Positions 19,259 to 29,184 of a DNA stretch of 64,000 nt are shown in pieces. Positions within the stretch are counted from its first letter, which is position 1. Every line of letters begins with the position of its first letter. Position numbers and translations under genes: made by a program. A model generated the notes under the pieces. That model saw only the letters and a program-made list of their open reading frames with translations, did not search any database and had not been told where the DNA came from. This stretch comes from Methanotrichaceae archaeon. GTDB taxonomy: Archaea > Halobacteriota > Methanosarcinia > Methanotrichales > Methanotrichaceae. The stretch spans positions 1-64,000 of the forward strand of contig CAWDLW010000030.1 in the NCBI GenBank assembly GCA_963803145.1. Reading direction: 5' to 3'.

Positions 19259-19341
19259 TGCGGGGGACGGGAGTCGAACCCGCGAACACCTTCGTGACAG
19301 GGTCCTAAGCCCTGCGCCTTTAGCCACTTGGCAACCCCCGC
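19259..19341 (-). tRNA. tRNA-Leu(TAG)
   Basis: GCGGGGGTTGCCAAGTGGCTAAAGGCGCAGGGCTTAGGACCCTG...GGGTTCGACTCCCGTCCCCCGCA: full cloverleaf with a long variable arm and no encoded CCA. A TATA-like AAATTATA lies upstream. Confidence 0.95.
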
Positions 19342-19517
19342 GCTTGCTCTATCCGCCGTGCTATAATTTTGGGCTAACCCTTACTAGAGGACAGGGCTAT
19401 ACTAGAACTTTGCGATCCTGTGAAGGATGGATGGAGTTTTGGTGATTAAGCCTATTTCGCCTTGAGCAGATCGTTTATAATCCAACAGGCCTTGAAATAC
19501 TCAATCGTCGTGATATT

Positions 19518-19991
19518 ATGCCACTAGATCCCTATGACTATGTGCGCATCCAGGCCCAGCTCGATTTTCAGTGCAAGCGATGTGGCATTTGCTGTCATGT
19601 AGCCGATCCTATCGATATCTATCCTAAGGATATCCGAAGATTGGCGAGTTATCTTGGTATTTCGATGGGAGAAGTAATCGAAGAGTACACAATGCCTCAT
19701 CCCACTGAACCTGATCTGCGAGCATTCAAGAAAACCGCGCCATGCAGATTCTATGATGAGACAAAAAAGGGATGCAAGATATATCAGGCCAGGCCGATGG
19801 TATGCAGGTGCAGCCCTTTCCTAAGCCCAGGCCAAATTGGGCTGCATGGCATAGAGTTCTATGAAGACTGCCCGGCATCCGAGGAGAGCGTTAGAAGGAT
19901 TGAAAAAGATCTGGATTTACTGCTGGATCCTGATGCCAAAACTCGAAAAAGGCTTGAGAAGGCATTATCCAGGATGATGCAAATAGAATAA
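19518..19991 (+). CDS. YkgJ-family cysteine-cluster protein
   Basis: CKRCGICC...PCRFYD...CKIYQARPMVCR. Confidence 0.85.
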   Translation: MPLDPYDYVRIQAQLDFQCKRCGICCHVADPIDIYPKDIRRLASYLGISMGEVIEEYTMPHPTEPDLRAFKKTAPCRFYDETKKGCKIYQARPMVCRCSPFLSPGQIGLHGIEFYEDCPASEESVRRIEKDLDLLLDPDAKTRKRLEKALSRMMQIE

Positions 19992-19995
19992 CGAA

Positions 19996-20895
19996 CTATC
20001 CAATCAGCCGCGCCAGCACCGCCTTGCTTGTATGTAAGCGGTTCTCCGCCTCATCGAAGACCACAGACTGCCGCCCATCCATCACCTCATCGGTGATCTC
20101 CTGGCCGCGATGCGCCGGGAGGCAGTGCATGACTATGGCTTTCTCATGAGTCAGCCTCATCAGATCAGAGTTTACCTGATACCTTCCGAAGACCCTGAAC
20201 CTTTCAGCCTCCTCTTTTTCGTCTCCCATTGAGATCCAGGTATCGGTTATTACGACATCGGCGCCGTGTGCCGCCTCAGCCGGATCGGCCATGATCTCCG
20301 GCAGGCCACCTAGCCTTTTCGCCTCTTCTAATATTTGGGCCTTTGGCTGGTATCCTTTGGGCGATGCAACTTTTATGTGCATGCCTATGATTGCAGATGC
20401 CAGGATCATAGAGTTGCAGACGTTGTTCCCATCGCCAATCCATGCCACATTCAGCTCCTCCAGCCATCCAAAGCACTGGCGCATTGTCATAAGGTCTGCC
20501 AGAACCTGCAGTGGATGCTCCCAGTCTGAGAGCGCATTGACAACAGGAATGCTCGAATATCTCGCAAGCTGAACAACCGTACTCTGCGAGTAGACACGAG
20601 CAGTTATTCCGTGAACGTATCTCGACAGCACTCGGGCCGTGTCGGCTATAGTCTCGCCCCGGCCAAGCTGAAGCTCGCCCGCGCTCAGGTAAAGCGCATG
20701 TCCTCCCAGCTCCTCGAAGGCTACCTGCAGTGAGACACGTGTTCTCGTCGACGGCTTCTCGAAGATCATCGCCAGGCTCTTTCCTGCGAGCGGCCTGTCC
20801 CTTGACTTCCCCCTACTCTGCTTGAACGCCTCTGCGCTGTTCAAGATGCCGAATATCTGGTTCTTTGTGAGGTCTGAGATGGATATCAGATTCAT
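19996..20895 (-). CDS. argF: ornithine carbamoyltransferase
   Basis: FEKPSTRTR, HPLQ, DGNNV, WISMG, HCLP, AENRLH. Confidence 0.97.
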   Translation of the reverse strand: MNLISISDLTKNQIFGILNSAEAFKQSRGKSRDRPLAGKSLAMIFEKPSTRTRVSLQVAFEELGGHALYLSAGELQLGRGETIADTARVLSRYVHGITARVYSQSTVVQLARYSSIPVVNALSDWEHPLQVLADLMTMRQCFGWLEELNVAWIGDGNNVCNSMILASAIIGMHIKVASPKGYQPKAQILEEAKRLGGLPEIMADPAEAAHGADVVITDTWISMGDEKEEAERFRVFGRYQVNSDLMRLTHEKAIVMHCLPAHRGQEITDEVMDGRQSVVFDEAENRLHTSKAVLARLIG

Positions 20896-20974
20896 GGGCT
20901 TACACCTGAGATTTCATTTGGGTTTCATTTTGGCTTCATTAGGCTTTCGTTTGAATTCATTTGTCGTATGGATT

Positions 20975-21364
20975 TTATTGAGATCTCATCCTCTGGAGCA
21001 GCTCAGATATCTCAGTTACCCTATCCCCCGAAGGAGCTACCTTTGCGACTATGCCCTTGAACTCAGGTATGCCCATATCGCAGTTATCATCCCTGACAAG
21101 CTGATTCGCCCAAGGGCTATTGGTCATGAACGCTAATCCCGGATGAGGTTCATCATCGGAGACCTTGGCAGCCACTATTACGCTACTAATATCATTTGTA
21201 ATGCGAACGTTTTGGCCATCGTTTACCCCGAGCCTTGCCATATCCCCTTTATCAAGTATTATCTGGGCGCTGAGCTTCCTGTACTCCTCAGAGTATCGGC
21301 CCTTCTTCCCAGCCTCATACTGAAATATGTCTCGGAAGGTGACAATCTTAACATCCAGATCCAT
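20975..21364 (-). CDS. fwdD: formylmethanofuran dehydrogenase subunit D-like (molybdopterin dinucleotide-binding)
   Basis: PGLAFM..SPWANQL...GIPEFKG; translationally coupled to fwdB. Confidence 0.8.
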   Translation of the reverse strand: MDLDVKIVTFRDIFQYEAGKKGRYSEEYRKLSAQIILDKGDMARLGVNDGQNVRITNDISSVIVAAKVSDDEPHPGLAFMTNSPWANQLVRDDNCDMGIPEFKGIVAKVAPSGDRVTEISELLQRMRSQ

Positions 21365-22593
21365 CAGATCTCCTCCTTAATTCTCTTCAGTATCTCCTCA
21401 TCTGACGGCAGATCAGATTTGGTGAAGGGGTCGAATTTGATCTTCACGCCATCCATGCGTATTGCGCTCCCTCCAGCCTCAAGCCCATACATAGCAGAGG
21501 GTATCACAACCTTAGCAGCATCAGTGGTCAGCGATCTTCGCGGGTCAATGGCGATAAGCTGAGTTTTTGCGAGGCGCCCAGCAGTTCCAAATGGGAGGGC
21601 GGATAACGGATCCGAGCCTATCACCATAGCCGCATCGCAGGTCTTTGCTGCTGTTACGACACTGTACTCGGGCCCATGCTTAGCGGCTCCACCCTCGAAT
21701 GAGACCTGGTTTATGTAGCCCGTTTGGGCTAAAAGCAGCTCATTGAAGCCGCGCATGTTGTAGTGCCCTACCATCGGTATGACCTTGAATGCTGTGATCT
21801 CGTTCAGCTTTGTGACCAGAGATTTAAGAAGGTCGATATTCTCCCTCAGCGAATAGATCAACCCGAGCCCTGGGAATATCACGCCGAACTCGGTCTTACG
21901 CAAGATCGTGCCAAGCTCAATCATTTTCTTTTTGTCTCCGGACTTGGGGATCTTGCCATCCAGAACTGCCATGATCGACTCTATGAAGCTCGTATCTCCG
22001 CCCGGACTAACGCGGAAGTAGTTCTCACAGAGCTTTGCAGTCGAAGACTTCCGCACATCGATAACTATGCAGGTTCTCTCTTCCTCGTAGCTCTTCTGCC
22101 TTTTCTCGCCACGAGGATAATATGCAAATCGGGACATATGCCTTGGATGGCTGTTCGATGGACCTGCGCCCCAGAATACGGATACATCTGCGAAGTTTCT
22201 TACGTCATCTAAGGTGCACGTTGGAAGCTCTCCGCGTAAAACCATTTCCAGCAGCAGACCCTGACAGAATGAGGATGTATCATCTATGACTGCACCTAGC
22301 TTCTTCGCAAGCTCGATTCCCACGCTCTGTGCCTCAAGTGTGGAGTTCGACCAGCCATAGAGCAGAGGATGTTTTGATTCCCTCAGTATCTCGGCCGCCT
22401 TTTTTATTGCCTCATCGACCGACACATTTCGACCGTCGACCAATGGAACTGTCCTCTCTGTGAAAAGGGCCTGGAAGTGACCATAGCCCTTTCGGCATAG
22501 GTTCTTTGCCTGGGATATGGCTCCAGTCTTCAAAGCAAGCTCAATATCCTCACAGAGCAGAGAGCATCCAGTACATGTTGCCATGATGACCAC
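21364..22593 (-). CDS. fwdB: formylmethanofuran dehydrogenase subunit B-like
   Basis: CTGCSLLCEDI, PTCTLDDVRNFAD, SHPRHMSR, GHYNMRGF, RMDGV. Confidence 0.88.
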   Translation of the reverse strand: MVIMATCTGCSLLCEDIELALKTGAISQAKNLCRKGYGHFQALFTERTVPLVDGRNVSVDEAIKKAAEILRESKHPLLYGWSNSTLEAQSVGIELAKKLGAVIDDTSSFCQGLLLEMVLRGELPTCTLDDVRNFADVSVFWGAGPSNSHPRHMSRFAYYPRGEKRQKSYEEERTCIVIDVRKSSTAKLCENYFRVSPGGDTSFIESIMAVLDGKIPKSGDKKKMIELGTILRKTEFGVIFPGLGLIYSLRENIDLLKSLVTKLNEITAFKVIPMVGHYNMRGFNELLLAQTGYINQVSFEGGAAKHGPEYSVVTAAKTCDAAMVIGSDPLSALPFGTAGRLAKTQLIAIDPRRSLTTDAAKVVIPSAMYGLEAGGSAIRMDGVKIKFDPFTKSDLPSDEEILKRIKEEI

Positions 22594-23055
22594 CTAAACG
22601 AACTCTATAGCCTTGCTTGGGCATGTCACTGTGCAGGCGTTGCACAAAACTTTGTTCGGCCCAAAGCGCCGGCATTCCTTTATGTTCAGACATTTTACGA
22701 CGCCGTCCTCAACAACCAATATCGCCTTATCGCTCTTCGGACCAAGCCCTATGGCGCTCCCTGTTGGGTCGCTGGCCACATTCACTGGACAGGCAACTAC
22801 GCAGTTTCCGCAGCCGAAACACTTCTCCCCATGGATTATAAGGCCTGTCTCCGATGCCTTCTCCAGAGGCGCTAAGACTTCCTTGAGCTTTTTGAGCTTA
22901 TCCGCATATTTAGGATTGAACAGTGCCGGGCAGTCCTCAAGCTTCTTCTCTCTATTGAGTAGAGCTACTGCCAATGCCATACAGCTAGCATATCCGCAAT
23001 CCTTACAGGCATCCTTTGGCAACAATTGGTAAAGTTCCATGGCGCTGACCATCAC
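22594..23055 (-). CDS. fwdG: FwdG-like ferredoxin with N-terminal putative Fe-S domain
   Basis: LPKDACKDCGYASC; CFGCGNCVVACP; CNACTVTCP. Confidence 0.72.
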   Translation of the reverse strand: MMVSAMELYQLLPKDACKDCGYASCMALAVALLNREKKLEDCPALFNPKYADKLKKLKEVLAPLEKASETGLIIHGEKCFGCGNCVVACPVNVASDPTGSAIGLGPKSDKAILVVEDGVVKCLNIKECRRFGPNKVLCNACTVTCPSKAIEFV

Positions 23056-23166
23056 ATGATATCTCCATCTGTTGGGCTTAATGACTTTATGTGCTCAATC
23101 GTATTAAGAATATTGGCCAGGCCCTTCGAGAAACCTTTTCATACCCGCGAGATCTAAATAACATCG

Positions 23167-24918
23167 ATGCCTTTCAGCAACCCTCTGGCGCTACTTGGAC
23201 TGCTCAGTATTGCGCCGCTCATAATAATATACCTCATCAGACCCAAACCTAAGATTATACCATTCTCATCGACGATCTTTCTCACAGAGGGTGAAGCTGA
23301 GCGCTCTGCAATCCTGAGCCGTCTGATTAAAGATCCTCTCTTCTGGATTCAGCTTCTTGTTCTCGTCTCAATATCCGTAGCTGCTGCAGGCCCATATACG
23401 ACGACTGTTGGAGCCCCATCAAGCCATCTTGTTGTGGTCCTGGATGTCTCTGCAAGCATGGAAAACAGCTTTTCGCGAGCATTAAATGTTATAGGTCCTT
23501 ACTTGGATCAATATGATAGAGTAAGCATAGTCCTTGCAAGCAGCATACCTGAGTCTGCCCTCCAATCGGGCAATAGCGCTGAGGCTAGAGGTGTCCTATC
23601 AAAAGTATCGCCGCGAGCTGTAGTTGCCGATATTTCCTCGGCGATGACCTTGGCGAATGGGCTCCTAGGCTCTGAAGGCGGAAATATTCTCGTTGTATCC
23701 GATTTCATAAGCTGGCAGGGCGATGACCCTAATGAAACACGAAAGCTCCTTGAGGCAGATGGCAAAACAAGCATTGTCTTTGCAAACACTATGGGAGGGG
23801 GCGATAATGTTGCAATCATCGGAGGCTGGGATGTATCCGGAACCGGCTATGTAAATCATACCGCACTGGTGCATAACTTCGGAAGTGCGAGAACTGTGCC
23901 CATAACCATTAGAGGACCGGGAGGCTCATCAAGCAGGTCTATAGCCATGGATCAAGGCGGAGACTACTATTTCTCCTTCACGGCATTTCCTGGCGTGAAC
24001 TACATCACTTTAGACCTGAACGATGCCATAAGCTGGGATAACAAGGCATACATCTATGTGCCTGATCAGGGCCAGAAGAAGGTTCTATATCTCGGGGATG
24101 TTACGCCTGCCATTGCTGCCTTGCATTCACTTCCAAACGTTCAGGCAGCGAGATCAGGAGACTACAATAGCTTTGACATAATAGTCGTGGCCAAGAATGC
24201 CTCTGATAACGGCGAACTCAACCGCTACATCGATAACGGCGGAAGGGCGATATACATTGCCTCTAGCCAGAACGATAGCCCTGAATATCTGCCTGTGAAG
24301 ATAACGGGCTCTTCTGCGGGACCCGTGAACCTCTGGTTTAGAAACCCGGTGTTTGCGAGCGATATACATTTCGATGAGATTGGCATCTTCGGCTACCTGG
24401 ATTCCTCAGCTCGCAGGGGTTCCGTCTCGATGATAGAGGCAAATGGAGCACCAGTTCTGGCCTATTGGCGGTTAGGTAAGGGAACAGTGATTTACAACGG
24501 CCTTGAGGTAGACTCCGACTTCTACCAGCGGCCTGAATATCCTATATTCTGGTATGATATGATCAACTGGCTCACAGGTGTTCCAGATATCTCCCAGTCC
24601 AACCACAAAACGGGAGAGTTTATTCCTCTGGGAGAAACAGTGAACGTTGAGTCCCCACAGGGCACGATTACTACATCCAGCCTGCTTCTGGATGAGGTGG
24701 GGATATATAGCTTCCAGGGTACGACTCTCGCTGCAAACTTGTATGATCAGCGCGAATCCGACTTAAGCGGAGGCGCGGTCTATCCCGCAGGAGAGTTTAA
24801 TACCGGCACAACTGGCGAAACTCTTGTTAAGCAGGATCTATCCCAATGGGTTATCATTTTAGCTGTCCTGGCGATACTATCAGAGCTTGCAATCATCTGG
24901 TGGAGGCGTGAGGCATGA
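23167..24918 (+). CDS. BatA-domain/vWA membrane protein
   Basis: N-terminal FSNPLALLGL..PLIIIYLIRP double TM, VLDVSASM MIDAS, and a C-terminal TM. Confidence 0.85.
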   Translation: MPFSNPLALLGLLSIAPLIIIYLIRPKPKIIPFSSTIFLTEGEAERSAILSRLIKDPLFWIQLLVLVSISVAAAGPYTTTVGAPSSHLVVVLDVSASMENSFSRALNVIGPYLDQYDRVSIVLASSIPESALQSGNSAEARGVLSKVSPRAVVADISSAMTLANGLLGSEGGNILVVSDFISWQGDDPNETRKLLEADGKTSIVFANTMGGGDNVAIIGGWDVSGTGYVNHTALVHNFGSARTVPITIRGPGGSSSRSIAMDQGGDYYFSFTAFPGVNYITLDLNDAISWDNKAYIYVPDQGQKKVLYLGDVTPAIAALHSLPNVQAARSGDYNSFDIIVVAKNASDNGELNRYIDNGGRAIYIASSQNDSPEYLPVKITGSSAGPVNLWFRNPVFASDIHFDEIGIFGYLDSSARRGSVSMIEANGAPVLAYWRLGKGTVIYNGLEVDSDFYQRPEYPIFWYDMINWLTGVPDISQSNHKTGEFIPLGETVNVESPQGTITTSSLLLDEVGIYSFQGTTLAANLYDQRESDLSGGAVYPAGEFNTGTTGETLVKQDLSQWVIILAVLAILSELAIIWWRREA

Positions 24919-27287
24919 TAGAGAACATCTACTTTGCATCGCCTCAGCTTCTATGGCTGCTTCCTGTGCTGCTCCTTCCAGGATTGATCTATCTAATCCT
25001 CCGAGCCAAGAACAGGTCTCTGGTAGCATCCAGGCTCGCCGTTCTCTCTCTGATAATAATCGCAGCTGCAAACCCGTATACTATTACGACGCAAACTGTC
25101 AGATCCGAGCAGCCAAGCATAACCCTGCTTGATGATAAAACAGGCTCAATGAATATCTTTGATCCAAATGTTGCGGCTCGCCTAGGCCAGATATTGAATG
25201 GAGCGCAGATCAGATCGTTCTCAGGCGACTCGACTCCACTCGGAGATAAGATCCTCCAATATTCTACGCCCGGCAATGCCCTCGTCCTCGTCTCCGACGG
25301 CCAGAATAATAAAGGAAGACCGCTATCGGACGCGCTAACCCTTGCAAAGGCATCGAACACTAGCTTATTCGCAATACAGATTTCACCTATAATTAGCGAC
25401 TCCGGCGTGGTGATCCAAGGGACGAATACTGCCGTTATCGGCGATGACTACCCATTCAAAGTTGTTATCAATTCCTCGGATAGATATGAGGGAACGCTAT
25501 CCGTCTATGCTGATGATGTACGCATCTATTCAGATAATATCGCTGCCAACAAGACGATATCGATTGGAATCTCCCATACATTTAGGGATACTGGCGCGCA
25601 TATTTTGAGAGCATCCATCGCTCCGGACTCACAGCCTGTGAACGATGAATACCAGAAGGCAGTCTATGTTGTTCCCAAGCCGAATGTGCTCCTAGTATCG
25701 AGCACCCCGTCCCCGTTGGCAACAGATCTTGCAGGCTTATACGGACTCAGCATGGCCACTAGTCTTCCAGCGAACCTCAGCAGCTATAAGACTGTCGTGA
25801 TTGATAACCAGATGTACAGCCCGGAGCTTGATCAGCTCAAGGCTTACGTTCGCGACGGAGGCGGGCTCGTTGTGGTGGGCGGCCCGGCCTCCTATGAGTA
25901 TGGAGGTTACTATAACACCACATTCGAGAGTGTACTTCCCACCAGATCGACGCCCAGCATATTCGAGGGCGGCAAGACTGCTGTGATGGTCATAGATATC
26001 TCCTTCAGCCTTACTGACACCAAGACGAAGGATGGTACGCCATTACTGGATTATGAAAAAGCCCTGGCAATAGAGCTCCTCAAGTCTCCTGATCTTCAGG
26101 ATTACAAGGTGGGACTGGTGGTCTTTGGCACAAAGGCATATGATGTATCAGACCCTGTGCCGCTCTCAAGTGGCAGGACATTCCTGGAGGATAGGATTGC
26201 CAGCCTCTCTCCATCATCAACAGAGAACACTTACCTTGACGGCGGACTTCAGCTGGCTTGGAATATGCTCAATGAGAGCGGCAACAAAGGAGAGCTAATT
26301 GTTTTATCGGACGGCATCCTGCAGAACTACCCCGATGTAATAAAGCATTCTGATCAGCTTATCAAGCAGATGAATGTTACAACACGTCTTATTCAGGTTC
26401 AGGCATTTCCAGATACTACAGGACTTTTCGGTGAAATGGCTGCAGAAACAGGCGCTCAGTTCTACGCATTCACTTATCCTGAGTCAATATCAACGAAGAT
26501 AGCAGGTCAGCCGGCAAACAAGCCTGAAGAGACAAATCAGCTTAAGGGATTCCCGATTGGAGTCGTTAACACTGACCACTACATAACCTCTGGCCTTGAG
26601 ATCAACGCGACTATTACAGGCTTCAACGATATCACGCCGAAGCCTGGATCCCAGAAGCTAGTTGCCATGGCAGATGGAAAGCCTGTGCTTACAACCTGGC
26701 GATATGGTCTTGGCAGAGTAGCGAGCCTATCTACAGATGATGGGAGTGTATGGGCATCTTCGATCTATTCTCCGCCAAACTCAAAGCTCATATCTGCGAT
26801 GGTCAACTGGGCAATAGGTGACCCGAGGCCTGAGGAGAACCGTATAGATGCAGACGATGGCTGGCTTGGCACTCCACTTCAGATCGGCATCACAAGCGAT
26901 GCCAGGCCCAGTATAGATGGTGCAAGCATAGAAAAGATCGGGGATACGAGATATATTGCAACGTTTACACCCGACAAGTCTGGCATATACTATGTCGGAG
27001 ATTATGGTATTGCCGTTAACTATCCTCTGGAGTACAGGGATATAGGCTTCAATCCCGATCTGACCAGGCTGATTATGGCAAATGGCGGCAAGGTATTTAC
27101 TGAGGCAGAGGCAAGGGAGAGCCTCGAGGCAGAAGCTAGCCGCTCAAGCCAGAGGACTATCGAGGATAGGTCATCCAGAAGAGATATTCTTCTACTTGTG
27201 GCGCTATCTATATTTATTGTCGAAGTTGTGGTGAGGAAGCTCGGAGAGATAAAGAGGCGTGGCCGATCCAGAAGGAGACTTTTCTGA
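24915..27287 (+). CDS. vWA / glutamine-amidotransferase-like membrane protein
   Basis: VSDGQNN, YVRDGGGLVVVGG..SY..GGY, IDISFS, WRYGLGRV; overlaps the upstream gene. Confidence 0.8.
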   Translation: MIENIYFASPQLLWLLPVLLLPGLIYLILRAKNRSLVASRLAVLSLIIIAAANPYTITTQTVRSEQPSITLLDDKTGSMNIFDPNVAARLGQILNGAQIRSFSGDSTPLGDKILQYSTPGNALVLVSDGQNNKGRPLSDALTLAKASNTSLFAIQISPIISDSGVVIQGTNTAVIGDDYPFKVVINSSDRYEGTLSVYADDVRIYSDNIAANKTISIGISHTFRDTGAHILRASIAPDSQPVNDEYQKAVYVVPKPNVLLVSSTPSPLATDLAGLYGLSMATSLPANLSSYKTVVIDNQMYSPELDQLKAYVRDGGGLVVVGGPASYEYGGYYNTTFESVLPTRSTPSIFEGGKTAVMVIDISFSLTDTKTKDGTPLLDYEKALAIELLKSPDLQDYKVGLVVFGTKAYDVSDPVPLSSGRTFLEDRIASLSPSSTENTYLDGGLQLAWNMLNESGNKGELIVLSDGILQNYPDVIKHSDQLIKQMNVTTRLIQVQAFPDTTGLFGEMAAETGAQFYAFTYPESISTKIAGQPANKPEETNQLKGFPIGVVNTDHYITSGLEINATITGFNDITPKPGSQKLVAMADGKPVLTTWRYGLGRVASLSTDDGSVWASSIYSPPNSKLISAMVNWAIGDPRPEENRIDADDGWLGTPLQIGITSDARPSIDGASIEKIGDTRYIATFTPDKSGIYYVGDYGIAVNYPLEYRDIGFNPDLTRLIMANGGKVFTEAEARESLEAEASRSSQRTIEDRSSRRDILLLVALSIFIVEVVVRKLGEIKRRGRSRRRLF

Positions 27288-27359
27288 CGATCTTACCATC
27301 AGATTTTAATAGCATATCAGTATTATTGAACATACATCAGCGGAGGTAATTATCACTAA

Positions 27360-27668
27360 ATGAGTTCTCAAATGTGCACTATTTGCGGCCTTCCAACGGA
27401 GCTTTGCATCTGCGAGGAGGTTGCTAAGGAGCAGCAGAGGATTGCAATAAAGGTTCAAAAGCGCAGGTATGGAAAAGAGGTAACCGTTATTCAGGGCATA
27501 GATCCACATGAGATAGATCTACAGGAGCTTTGTACCTACCTTAAATCCAAGCTTGCATGCGGCGGAACCGTAAAGGACAGCATCATAGAGCTCCAGGGCA
27601 ACCACACCCAGCGGATAAAGGAGATCCTTGTGAAGAGAGGGTTCGGCGCCGAGCAGATAAGCACCTAA
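27360..27668 (+). CDS. translation initiation factor 1 (SUI1/aIF-1)
   Basis: [32 protein letters not shown]. Confidence 0.95.
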   Translation: MSSQMCTICGLPTELCICEEVAKEQQRIAIKVQKRRYGKEVTVIQGIDPHEIDLQELCTYLKSKLACGGTVKDSIIELQGNHTQRIKEILVKRGFGAEQIST

Positions 27669-27781
27669 AGATAAGCGCCGGAAGACAAGCGCATAAAATA
27701 TCAGACCCGAGCCTTCACATCGTATCAACGAGCAAGGTCAGCGGTTGCATCTGAATATTTTTAAATAAATTGGAGTAAAGC

Positions 27782-28162
27782 TCAGATGTTCTTATCGTAA
27801 TTCTCTGAACTATCGAGCCCTGTCTCCCCTTCATTGCCAATAACTATGGCAAATATCCATTCGCTGAGCTTCGCACAATGCTCGGGCTCACACTCCTCGA
27901 TACAGCCTGCACAAGGTTCAAAGAGGTCTATAGCCATGAGTGATTTGAATCGTCTGCCCTTAGATTTTTCTGCGCAATGAAGCCTATAGGTCCTGATGCC
28001 ATCGGCGGTTTCCATCTCCCGGGTTATGAGGTTATCCTTCAGGAGCTTGGCAACTATTCGAGAGCATTTGCGAGAATCTATCGCAAGAGCCTTCCAGAGG
28101 TCACTCTGAAGCACTCCATTCTCATGGGACTTTATATATTCAAGCGCGTCTTCAGCAGACAT
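27782..28162 (-). CDS. wHTH protein with C-terminal Cys cluster (TFE-beta/RPC34-like)
   Basis: GVLQSDLWKAL.IDSRKCSRIV wHTH plus PCAGC...CEPEHC..L.EW; located next to lsm. Confidence 0.72.
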   Translation of the reverse strand: MSAEDALEYIKSHENGVLQSDLWKALAIDSRKCSRIVAKLLKDNLITREMETADGIRTYRLHCAEKSKGRRFKSLMAIDLFEPCAGCIEECEPEHCAKLSEWIFAIVIGNEGETGLDSSENYDKNI

Positions 28163-28193
28163 CTTTACCTTACCCCTACTCTAACTCTATACT

Positions 28194-28418
28194 CTACTCA
28201 ATGGGACTTATTAGAATTATATTGTTCCCTCTCAATATCACAGACCCGAGTGAGCGTGTCTTCTCTCCACCTATGAGTTCTACTGTCTCTAGAAGGTGAA
28301 GGTTTAGATACTCATCAACGCTATTCAGAACCCCTTCTAGAACATAGCGCGGCGATCCCTTCATCTCAACCTGGATTTTTGTGCCCACTAATGATTGGAC
28401 TTTTTTGGTTGGAAACAT
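28194..28418 (-). CDS. Sm-like (Lsm) protein
   Basis: LEGVLNSVDEYLNLHL (Sm1) and LGSVILRGNNI (Sm2). Confidence 0.93.
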   Translation of the reverse strand: MFPTKKVQSLVGTKIQVEMKGSPRYVLEGVLNSVDEYLNLHLLETVELIGGEKTRSLGSVILRGNNIILISPIE

Positions 28419-28503
28419 AAATCTGACCTCTTAATTAATTAAGCTGAATAATACTTCAAAGTTTTGTGTTTTAAGACAGTTCTCTTTGAATAGAATTGAG
28501 CAG

Positions 28504-28578
28504 AAATCTATACGGCATAAGCTTATACAGCATAAGCCTATACGGCATAAATCTATATGGCATAAACCTATACAGCCT
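28504..28578. repeat. 15-bp tandem repeat, 5 copies, overlapping the NifU-like stop codon
   Basis: AAATCTATACGGCAT, AAGCTTATACAGCAT, AAGCCTATACGGCAT, AAATCTATATGGCAT, AAACCTATACAGCCT. Confidence 0.92.
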
Positions 28579-28795
28579 CAACGCCCTTTACGCCTGCAAC
28601 GCTCTTCTTAAGCTCTTTCTCAATGAAGTTCTTTATAGTCATCTGAGAAAAGGGACAGCCAGCGCAGCTCCCCTGTAGCTTTACTTTGACTATTCCGTCA
28701 TCTATGCCGACAAGCTTAACATCTCCGCCCTCGGTGCGCAGCGCAGTTCTAATCTTGTCCAAGGCAGCCTCAACGTCGTCCTTGAGATCTTGCAT
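28568..28795 (-). CDS. NifU C-terminal (Nfu-type) Fe-S carrier
   Basis: EGGDVKLV...LQGSCAGCPFSQMTIK. Confidence 0.92.
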   Translation of the reverse strand: MQDLKDDVEAALDKIRTALRTEGGDVKLVGIDDGIVKVKLQGSCAGCPFSQMTIKNFIEKELKKSVAGVKGVEAV

Positions 28796-28801
28796 AATAC
28801 T

Positions 28802-29140
28802 CTAGTCCCCTTTCACATTTATGGATGTAATTTCGTGCCCTATAATCGTGTATCTTTTACCTCTTAAAGCTTCCTCGAGGCCATCAACGATCTTGCTATA
28901 CTTTTCGGAAGCTATAACCGTATTGACCATGATGCCCGGCTCTGACTGGTCTCTTATTGCCTTTAGAGCCATATTCGGCTCCTCGTTGAGACGGAAATCC
29001 TTCCAGGTTTTCGGAGCCATGCCTTGATATTCAATAAGGTAAAAGCCGGTCATCCCAAGTTCGGTCAGCAGATTTATGACCCTTATAAGATGGTCATGAT
29101 CTACGAAAATCTTGACCAACGTCTTCATGAAATACCCCAA
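28802..29140 (-). CDS. MJ1244-like (PII-fold) protein
   Basis: GMTGFYLIEYQGMAP..W..F. Confidence 0.65.
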   Translation of the reverse strand: MGYFMKTLVKIFVDHDHLIRVINLLTELGMTGFYLIEYQGMAPKTWKDFRLNEEPNMALKAIRDQSEPGIMVNTVIASEKYSKIVDGLEEALRGKRYTIIGHEITSINVKGD

Positions 29141-29184
29141 GATGATTATTTCTCGGACGTACCTTAAATAGCTTCGCTAGATCA

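Noticed and set aside
3006-19341. tRNA-Leu fragment and intact tRNA-Leu as attL/attR of one 16-kb island
   Set aside because: Different anticodons (CAG vs TAG) and only ~37/55 identity, so they are not a direct-repeat pair.
28504-28578. CRISPR array, or pyrrolysine read-through of tandem amber codons
   Set aside because: The units are contiguous with no spacers and no cas genes. One stop is TAA, the Nfu domain is complete at the first stop, and no pyl genes are in view.
28496-28678. 60-aa ORF with LYGIN repeats
   Set aside because: It is the translation of the 15-bp repeat plus the antisense of the Nfu gene.
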